A model generated the notes under the pieces. The model searched no databases. It saw nothing but the letters and a program-made list of their open reading frames with translations, and was not told where the DNA came from. Positions 45,390-53,066 of a stretch of DNA of 64,000 bases are shown piece after piece (within the stretch, counting starts at the first letter, position 1; each line of letters opens with the position of its first letter). Position numbers and translations under genes: made by a program. The stretch comes from an uncultured virus (IMG/VR IMGVR_UViG_3300029258_004075) (lineage: Duplodnaviria > Heunggongvirae > Uroviricota > Caudoviricetes): the IMG/VR virus record IMGVR_UViG_3300029258_004075. One strand, 5' to 3'.

Positions 45390-47828
45390 ATGTTTAAAAA
45401 TGTCTGGAATGTGAAACCGCTAAAAAAGAAAACAAAACAATCAAATGCAGCATTCAAACCAATGAAAGTGAAAACCATTCCTATTGTAAAGCAGAAAAGA
45501 AAACCGTTACCAAAGAGACCAAACAAAAATCTCTCTTATCCACAAGCAAAGATGATGTTTGGCAAATCACTTGCTCCCTTTGGAAATTGGGATAAAGACG
45601 CACATCTTAACATGTTTGATTGTCGTCCTTTTGATAGAACTAGACATGCGGTTCCAGAAGAATACGCCGAGTATCCTGTCTATAGTTATGTAGAACCAAG
45701 AGAAACAACATTTAGGAGAGTATTTGCAGATGCAGAAAGAATGTTACCAGAGCAATTCAAAGGTCCTTCTGAGGATACATATTCAGAACTTCTAACTAAT
45801 GCTCTTCTTGAGCGCCTAGACACAGGTGATGTAAGACCTTTCGAAGAAATTTGTGGAACATATGAAATTCCACAAGAACGTGTTCCTGCAAAAAGAGCAT
45901 ATACACAGATGATACATGACTATATAAATGAATATTTACAAACAGCATATCCAGAATACATCTTTCATTATAATTATGAGAAACCAAATGAGGTGGACGT
46001 AGAAATATATACAAAAGACAAAAGAACTGGAAAACCTGTTGTAAAGAAACTCAGGAATAAAAAACTTGGAAAGTATCTAGATAAAGAACCTAAAGCACCA
46101 CAAGCAATAAGAGACCTAAATAAATTGTACACCACATCAAAAGGTGTAACAATCTATATAACAGATTATCCAGTGGATGTTATGTCTAAATCTTCTGGCG
46201 TCAAAAAGCTTGGAAAAGGCTCATGTGAAACTATGCCAAAAGAAATTAACGTAAATGACCCTTACTCTGCCACTTGGATAGGCAACTTTGATGATATTTC
46301 GTATAGGAATGCAATTGCATTCTTTTATTTAGGAGATAAAAACCCAAAATTTGATAAACCAACAGCGCGTGTAATGATACGGTGGGGTGTTTACAAAGGA
46401 AAAGTAGACATCATGATGGAGAAACGTATTTATCCAACAAATCTATCAAAATTTTATCTGAATTTTGTAAAAGAGATAATACAAAATAAAGGATATGGTA
46501 AATATAAAATTACAACACCTTACAAATATAGAGGATATGGAGATGTTAATATAACGGAAATGGGTACAATTTCAAATCGTCATATCACATATAGACCCTT
46601 TTCTGACCCTGATTGGAAAATAAAGCAAGATAAAGAAAAATCAATTGAAGATGAAATTAACAGAGAAAAAGAAGAAATATTAGAAAGAAGAAATTTGCCA
46701 CTGCCTTTCGAGACACATTTTATGCGACCACAAGAACCTGTAAATATTAGGAGGAAACTTGCACAAAGAATTCCTGTAACAGAACCAGTAACTAAGACAG
46801 GTTTGCGTAGAGAAACGATAGCTCATCTTGCTCGTGACCCAGATGAAGAGGTTAGAGCTACGTTGGCACGTGAGCAACCCGAACTAGAACCAAACGTTCT
46901 TCAAACACTTGCAAGAGGACCAACAGAGGTACAAAGAAGCATATTAAAAAGAAAAGACATCGACGAAAACATCATACGACAACTTAGTGAAAATCAAGAC
47001 CTGTTGGAAGACATTGCAGAAAGAGAAGATACTCCTAAAGATATATTAGAAAAAATAGTATATATGAATACGAAATCTGATGGAGTGCAAAACCCATATC
47101 AACTAATGAATGCAAAAGAAAATGTAGCAAAGCAACAGAACCTGCCAAAGGATTGGATAGAAACATTAGTTGCAACAGGGACTGAAAGGGTAATGACAGC
47201 AGTAGCAAAAAACCAATCTTATCTTTCTGACGAAATGGTTGAAAAGATGTTGAAGCAAGACTCAAGTGAGATAGAAAGAGCGTTAGCAGCAAATCCAAAC
47301 ACTCCTCATTGGGCTGTAGGTAAACTCATACAGTCTCCTGACCTACAAGTTGTTAGAAGGATTATCATGACGTTTGGTATGCCGAAGGAACTCTTAGAGT
47401 ATCTTGTCCAAGAAGAGAATCAAGGAGAGATAAGAGAGGCAATTGCTAAAACACCAGTACTTCCATTATCTCTATTTAAAAAATTAAGTGAAGATACGTC
47501 TTTTGATGTGCGTTCCCTCATAGCACAAAGAGAAGATATTCCATACCAAGTAGCAAATAAGATGTCAACCGAAAGCAATGAGGAAATGTTATATAACCTT
47601 GCAAGAAATCCTATGTCAACACTCTCAATTTCACAAAAGAAAACCGTATTAGAAAACATCATACGCAACGGTACAGTAAGAGTAATACATCAGTTAGGGG
47701 GTGCAAGAGGAGACCTAACGCCACCTCTCATAGAACACCTCTTCGCTGTCGCAACACAAGAAAGTAAACAGAAAGCAGAAGCATTGAGAAATGCACTGGA
47801 GCAAAATAGAAACATAAGATATCCTTAA
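45390..47828 (+). CDS. DxDxD-DCxPF N-module protein 3 (unknown central domain + LRV/HEAT-like repeats)
   Basis: NVWNVKP...PFGNWDKDAHLNMFDCRPFD; repeated LA.D....VR..LA.NP.TP units. Confidence 0.65.
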   Translation: MFKNVWNVKPLKKKTKQSNAAFKPMKVKTIPIVKQKRKPLPKRPNKNLSYPQAKMMFGKSLAPFGNWDKDAHLNMFDCRPFDRTRHAVPEEYAEYPVYSYVEPRETTFRRVFADAERMLPEQFKGPSEDTYSELLTNALLERLDTGDVRPFEEICGTYEIPQERVPAKRAYTQMIHDYINEYLQTAYPEYIFHYNYEKPNEVDVEIYTKDKRTGKPVVKKLRNKKLGKYLDKEPKAPQAIRDLNKLYTTSKGVTIYITDYPVDVMSKSSGVKKLGKGSCETMPKEINVNDPYSATWIGNFDDISYRNAIAFFYLGDKNPKFDKPTARVMIRWGVYKGKVDIMMEKRIYPTNLSKFYLNFVKEIIQNKGYGKYKITTPYKYRGYGDVNITEMGTISNRHITYRPFSDPDWKIKQDKEKSIEDEINREKEEILERRNLPLPFETHFMRPQEPVNIRRKLAQRIPVTEPVTKTGLRRETIAHLARDPDEEVRATLAREQPELEPNVLQTLARGPTEVQRSILKRKDIDENIIRQLSENQDLLEDIAEREDTPKDILEKIVYMNTKSDGVQNPYQLMNAKENVAKQQNLPKDWIETLVATGTERVMTAVAKNQSYLSDEMVEKMLKQDSSEIERALAANPNTPHWAVGKLIQSPDLQVVRRIIMTFGMPKELLEYLVQEENQGEIREAIAKTPVLPLSLFKKLSEDTSFDVRSLIAQREDIPYQVANKMSTESNEEMLYNLARNPMSTLSISQKKTVLENIIRNGTVRVIHQLGGARGDLTPPLIEHLFAVATQESKQKAEALRNALEQNRNIRYP

Positions 47829-47997
47829 AGGTGAATAGTATAGCAATAGATACAACAGTAAAAAGAAGCAAAACAAAGTTTACAGAATTGTTTCTTCGTA
47901 AATTGAAAAAGATTCCTACAAGCTTACACGTCAGAAAAAAGAAACAAGTGTATGGGATTTATCGGTATTATAATGATATTATTAAGGAGGGGATAAC

Positions 47998-50580
47998 ACG
48001 AGAAAAGCAATGATTGTCATGATGGCTCTTTTCATCTGCTTTACTACATTTGCTACAGCTCAAACACATACTGAAACATTTGGCGGAACAGTTGAAGTTA
48101 CTGAAAGCCCTCCTATTGTGTTAACTAATGCATCAACACCATCTTCACATTCTCCAGTAACGCTTAATGGATATCTATTAACTGACGGAGGGCTGGAAGC
48201 AACCGTAGGTTTTGAGTGGGGTAAAACAATAGCGTATGGTAATGAACACGAATTATCTGAATCATACGAAGCAGGTGAAGAGTTTTCTTTTGCTGTATCT
48301 GTTGAACCTGAAGAAACATATCACTTTCGCGCTTTCGCTGAAAATTCAGAAGGGAGAGTTAATGGTTCAGATAAGACATTTACAACCTTAAATCCTTCCT
48401 ATATAAATGAAACGACATCCATCTCTGAAACATCAGCAACACTAAATGGGTATATGGCTTATGGAGGAGATACAGTTGAATACGGGTTCTGGTTATCAAC
48501 AGAAAGTCCTACACCTGCAAGTCCTGGGACAAACGTAACAAAAGGGTCTAGTACATCTGCTACGGAGTATTTTTCTTATATTAGTGATTTATCTGCCGGT
48601 CAATATTATTATGTTAAATCATGGGCGAAAGGACCAGATTGGTTTAGGTATTCTTCGGATACAGAACACTTTATAACTAATCCAGGACAACCAACAGATG
48701 TTTACGTGGAAGAAGAAAAGACACTTGAAATAACGTTGTCTTGGGCAAGAGGAGATTATAGTGTCTCTAATTACAGAACTATTGTAAGGTACAGTGATAG
48801 TGGTTACCCTTCTTCACTCACAGGAGGAGAAGGTGGTTGTAATACGACGGATATAATATATACATTTGATGGGTTAGAATATGAAACAACATATTATTTT
48901 TCTTTATGGTCATATATAAATGATAGTGGTTCTCCTCTTTTACACGAGTATAGTGAGTTTCCTGCAGAGATAACAGGAACAACGATAGGAGGAGAATATA
49001 ACCTATTTGTCCGTTACGAAAATGAAACGAATAATTTGATTAACCTTTCAAAAGGAATGAATCATGAGTTCATTATTCATTATACAGACGCAGTTGAGAC
49101 AATTGTTTGTGATAATATGGGGCTTATTAATGAGTCACAATCAACAGCAAATGTTTCAGTGTCTTCGTCAGAAGAAGAGAATGGTACTATTTGTTTTAAT
49201 GCAACACAATCAGTTAGCTTTATAGAGTTTTACTGGAATGGTTCTAAAGAATATGATACAACATTAAACACAGAAAATGATTACTTCTCTGTAGATGATG
49301 ATACAACTGATGAAACTAAAACACTTTCCTATATTCCATACGAAATACAAGTTGTGGAAGTCTATAACGAATCATTATATGGTCATTGGTCTACAGTTCC
49401 AGAAGACATGTATGAACAAGACGGAAGAACATTTACTGTGTATGAGGAAGTACTTGATGAAAATTCCACTGTTATACATGTTAACTATCAATACTATGAA
49501 GTTTCTCCTATGCGTTGCAAAAGAACGATTGTGCCTAGTAAATCAGAAACTAACATTACCTTTTATACATTAATCGACAAAATGGTTTATGGAGAATCTC
49601 AAATGCAAAGCTTAAAAGACTCTCTTGCTGTGTATACATTTTCTTTTCTTGATGAAACAGGTCTTTTCCGTGTTATGCCAAGCAATCATCCTGTAGCATA
49701 TATCTATACACAAAACTCAACAGGAGATGAACTTATTATTGATTCACAATACTTTACATCTTCACTCACCATTAATCCTTGGCTCTTATATCAAAAGACA
49801 TATTCTATCCGTGTAGACTCAGAACAGTCTTCATCTATTGATATAGGTCCTCTTTCAGCATCATCATCACTACAACAAGAAATACGTATTCCTATGGAAC
49901 AAGAGTATGAAAAAATATTCAATTCCATTGTGAAACTTCAAAAGACATGGACTAGTTCTGGGTTTTCTATAACGTATGAAGACCTTACATCTTCAACTGA
50001 TGTTGTAAATTTCAGTGTATATCATGTATCAAATAAGACTCTGGTATATACAACGGAAGAGATAAGAAAGAACAATCATGTCTTTGACTTTACTGCTGAC
50101 AATGTTCCTTATCTTGATACAATCTTTAATAATAACTGGTATTTTGTTATTAACTGTGCAATAAATGAAAGCGCAGGATATTATGCTGGAGAATATACGT
50201 CAGGATATATACTCATGTCTCCATACGAAAAAACTGATAAGAGAGAAGAAATTGATGATATATGGAAAATCATATTTGGAGATTCTCCTATGTATGATTA
50301 TGAAGGAACAAACGGTGGTGCCGTTGTTCCATGGACATATATTCTGTTGTTCGGACTGTCTTTTATGGTTCTTCTTACATTCTCTAAAGTCAATGCCTTT
50401 GCAGGTGCTTTAGCGTGTGGTATTATCCTCGTCTTTGGTGGTGTTAGTATTTTAGGAATGAATGCGGCATATCATTGGTATAGTTGGTGGCAAGGACCTT
50501 CAATTGCCGTTATAGGAATATTTATATTAGCCATAGGAATTATAGGTCTTATGGGACAAATAGACATAAGAAGATACTAG
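47998..50580 (+). CDS. Large secreted, C-terminally membrane-anchored FN3-like protein (apparent ACG start; track start 48010)
   Basis: Signal peptide, TETFGGTVEV, FN3-like repeats, many N-x-S/T, 3 C-terminal TMs. Confidence 0.7.
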   Translation, partial: TRKAMIVMMALFICFTTFATAQTHTETFGGTVEVTESPPIVLTNASTPSSHSPVTLNGYLLTDGGLEATVGFEWGKTIAYGNEHELSESYEAGEEFSFAVSVEPEETYHFRAFAENSEGRVNGSDKTFTTLNPSYINETTSISETSATLNGYMAYGGDTVEYGFWLSTESPTPASPGTNVTKGSSTSATEYFSYISDLSAGQYYYVKSWAKGPDWFRYSSDTEHFITNPGQPTDVYVEEEKTLEITLSWARGDYSVSNYRTIVRYSDSGYPSSLTGGEGGCNTTDIIYTFDGLEYETTYYFSLWSYINDSGSPLLHEYSEFPAEITGTTIGGEYNLFVRYENETNNLINLSKGMNHEFIIHYTDAVETIVCDNMGLINESQSTANVSVSSSEEENGTICFNATQSVSFIEFYWNGSKEYDTTLNTENDYFSVDDDTTDETKTLSYIPYEIQVVEVYNESLYGHWSTVPEDMYEQDGRTFTVYEEVLDENSTVIHVNYQYYEVSPMRCKRTIVPSKSETNITFYTLIDKMVYGESQMQSLKDSLAVYTFSFLDETGLFRVMPSNHPVAYIYTQNSTGDELIIDSQYFTSSLTINPWLLYQKTYSIRVDSEQSSSIDIGPLSASSSLQQEIRIPMEQEYEKIFNSIVKLQKTWTSSGFSITYEDLTSSTDVVNFSVYHVSNKTLVYTTEEIRKNNHVFDFTADNVPYLDTIFNNNWYFVINCAINESAGYYAGEYTSGYILMSPYEKTDKREEIDDIWKIIFGDSPMYDYEGTNGGAVVPWTYILLFGLSFMVLLTFSKVNAFAGALACGIILVFGGVSILGMNAAYHWYSWWQGPSIAVIGIFILAIGIIGLMGQIDIRRY

Positions 50581-50590
50581 GTGATAAAAT

Positions 50591-51109
50591 ATGAAAGCAG
50601 TAAATGTAATGTTGTTCTTATTAATATTCAATGTAGTTGTTAGTCTTGTAGGTGGTCTTAACATTTACAATATGGGAATGTCAAGTTCAGAATATGACTA
50701 CGAAGAGTTAGCAGATGAAAGCACATCACCGCAAAGAGACGAAGATTCTGGTGGAGGATTATTTTCTGCTTTTACAGATGCTAACTTTGGTTTTAATACA
50801 TTCTTTATTGGAGGAACAACTGTTGCCATTCTGATTGGTGGTGCTATAGCCGGTGCTACAATAGGTGGACTTGTAACAGGAGGGCGCTTAAAAACATCAG
50901 AAGGAGCAGCATACGGTTTCTTTGGTTCTGTTATGACCATAACTTTTATTAGTTCCTATTCTATATTATGGACAATAGTAGAACAGATTCCAGATGAAAT
51001 ACAAACAGGAGCAGCAGTGGCAGTAGGTCTGTTCTTAGCAATAACTGGCTTCATGTTTATACTCGGATTCATGCAATTAATTGTAGGAGGAATAGCACAA
51101 TATCAATAA
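50591..51109 (+). CDS. Multi-TM membrane/virion protein
   Basis: Four hydrophobic Gly-rich segments. Confidence 0.6.
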   Translation: MKAVNVMLFLLIFNVVVSLVGGLNIYNMGMSSSEYDYEELADESTSPQRDEDSGGGLFSAFTDANFGFNTFFIGGTTVAILIGGAIAGATIGGLVTGGRLKTSEGAAYGFFGSVMTITFISSYSILWTIVEQIPDEIQTGAAVAVGLFLAITGFMFILGFMQLIVGGIAQYQ

Positions 51110-51429
51110 TAGCCTCAATATATTGTTTCATTGTTAGCGTAGCAGTAGACTACAACTTTACCAACTTTACTCTTGGTGGTATTATACGCTTTGCATTTGA
51201 CCCATACTATGCCATGTTTGGTAATTTGTCATGGGGAATCATATTAGGTTTCATAGGAGCAGGCATTTACGCGAATAATAGAAGTCTTGGTACAACAGGA
51301 GTTTATCTTATACTTGTTGGTATTTTCTTTAGTATCATATTTCCAATTTGGTTCATATACTTGTTTGGTCTTCTATTATCATTTATCCTGACAACAATCT
51401 TTTATGTGACATTTGTAAAGAGTAGATAA
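51100..51429 (+). CDS. Multi-TM membrane protein (frame open upstream of track start 51214)
   Basis: Hydrophobic frame continues to an ATA 9 nt after GGAGG. Confidence 0.5.
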   Translation: MSIIASIYCFIVSVAVDYNFTNFTLGGIIRFAFDPYYAMFGNLSWGIILGFIGAGIYANNRSLGTTGVYLILVGIFFSIIFPIWFIYLFGLLLSFILTTIFYVTFVKSR

Positions 51430-51446
51430 AAAGGAGAAAGGATATA

Positions 51447-51716
51447 ATGTTAGAAAGTGTATTTATTACAATGCTGGCAATGGGGTTCATTTCTTTTGTG
51501 TTAGCTATAGAAAGGGACTCATTTATTTACTCAGCAATATCAATGCTGTTTTGGATAATTGTTATGGCAGGTCATCTTTATGTAGAAGTGCCTGGAGACA
51601 CATACTATTACGAAGTTGCAATGTTTCCCCTATCATTCGGTATGATAATGCTTAATGTCATTTGGTTGATAATCCAGTTTATGGTTAAGAGAAATAGGAA
51701 AAGGTATATTCGGTAG
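51447..51716 (+). CDS. 3-TM membrane protein
   Basis: Three hydrophobic helices, basic tail. Confidence 0.6.
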   Translation: MLESVFITMLAMGFISFVLAIERDSFIYSAISMLFWIIVMAGHLYVEVPGDTYYYEVAMFPLSFGMIMLNVIWLIIQFMVKRNRKRYIR

Positions 51717-51725
51717 GTAAATACC

Positions 51726-52022
51726 ATGAATAAGATTATTTATCCATTGCGCCTAAGTACGCCAGAGCAAACTAAGAAAGCAATCCAGAGGTTGGTCCAA
51801 CAATTAAAGAAAGATAATATTGCTATTTGTTCTCATCCTAGCGCCGTTCAACTTTTCTCCCGTAATATTCCAAAGTGTTATAAGGACAACGAAGTGATAC
51901 TTATATCCAAGACAGTTGGTTTAACAAAGAGAAAAACTAAAAATATCATTTATCTAAAACCGGAATATACACTAAAGATAAACCGTGACTTTAGTTTTCG
52001 CATTACACCTAAACATAAATGA
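51726..52022 (+). CDS. Hypothetical basic protein
   Basis: RBS-preceded ORF. Confidence 0.45.
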   Translation: MNKIIYPLRLSTPEQTKKAIQRLVQQLKKDNIAICSHPSAVQLFSRNIPKCYKDNEVILISKTVGLTKRKTKNIIYLKPEYTLKINRDFSFRITPKHK

Positions 52023-52089
52023 TTTGAAATATCGTCTTATTTCCTTCAAAAATCTTTAACTTGGCTATATGGAAGCGCACTACATATAC

Positions 52090-52184
52090 CAAAACTTAAA
52101 GATTGTACTACGTATATATTGTGTATGTGTTTGTGAGAGAGGAACGTTCAGTTCCTCCTCTCTACACAAGAGTTCCTCTCTCAC
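52090..52184 (+). promoter_or_regulatory. Promoter-like motif and hairpin with two alternative pairings
   Basis: caaaacttaaagattgtactacgtata matches 21142; gtgagagaggaac can pair with 52151-52162 or 52172-52184. Confidence 0.55.
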
Positions 52185-52398
52185 CTTTGAGTGTGTTAGA
52201 TTTCAACTAAAGTTGAAAGTGTTTTTGGTTGCCCTTCCTTTTCTTCCATGCGTTAAATACCAATTATATATAGATTTTTTATGTAAGATATCAAGTTCTT
52301 ATCCTAGAGTATATACTAACATACATTGAAGTACGTTTATATATGAGTAAGGCACATAGTAGTATACAAGAATTAAAAATTTAAAAGGAGGTGTAGAG

Positions 52399-52656
52399 GT
52401 GAAAGCAAGCTATGGCTTTATCGACCCAGGTGCAATCATGGGCGTTGTCGTTTCATTAATCATTCTTGCCGTTGGTGTGTTTGCATTCTTTGTAACACTC
52501 AGCGAAGTTGAGAATGTCACAGACAGTGAAATGATAGAAAACGCTGTTGGTAATGTTGGCGAAACTGGTAACAGTGTGTTCAACATCATCGGAATTGTGC
52601 TGATTATCGGTGCAATTATGTCCATCGTGGGTCTCGTCTATAACTACGTTCGATAG
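52399..52656 (+). CDS. Putative major capsid protein of spindle-shaped virus type (helical hairpin)
   Basis: 85 aa, two long hydrophobic helices with a short polar N-x-T linker; GGAGGTG RBS, C-ending codon bias, own downstream hairpin. Confidence 0.6.
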   Translation: MKASYGFIDPGAIMGVVVSLIILAVGVFAFFVTLSEVENVTDSEMIENAVGNVGETGNSVFNIIGIVLIIGAIMSIVGLVYNYVR

Positions 52657-52684
52657 ACGCGAGAAGCCTCACACAATAAAATAG

Positions 52685-52705
52685 GTGTGGTGTTCTGCAC
52701 CACAC
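52685..52705 (+). terminator. Hairpin after the putative MCP gene
   Basis: gtgtggtg-ttctg-caccacac. Confidence 0.55.
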
Positions 52706-52741
52706 AATTCTTATATTATTTAACTTTGGAGGAAACAAATA

Positions 52742-53056
52742 ATGGATGAAACAAGTACGCCTTTTTTGGTGTTAACAGTAACACTTGTAATGATTATATT
52801 AGCAGTAGGAACCTTTGCGTTCTACGTTACAGTTAGTCAGACAGAACAGATTGTTGGTTCTGGAGTAACTAAGACAGAAACATTTACGGTGGATAATCCG
52901 AGCGAGGACCAGACATTTAGCATGAGTTTTCGTCCAGATTCCACAACAATAACAATACAACAATATACTGGTTTCGGATGGATTCCGGTTGATTCGACTT
53001 ACATCTCTGTCGATGGCAGAGATATCACTATAGAAGCAGAGGGTATGTTAGGATAA
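52742..53056 (+). CDS. Minor capsid-like paralog (shares helix 1 with the putative MCP) with beta ectodomain
   Basis: IILAVGTFAFYVTVSQTE vs IILAVGVFAFFVTLSEVE. Confidence 0.6.
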   Translation: MDETSTPFLVLTVTLVMIILAVGTFAFYVTVSQTEQIVGSGVTKTETFTVDNPSEDQTFSMSFRPDSTTITIQQYTGFGWIPVDSTYISVDGRDITIEAEGMLG

Positions 53057-53066
53057 GTGAACAATT

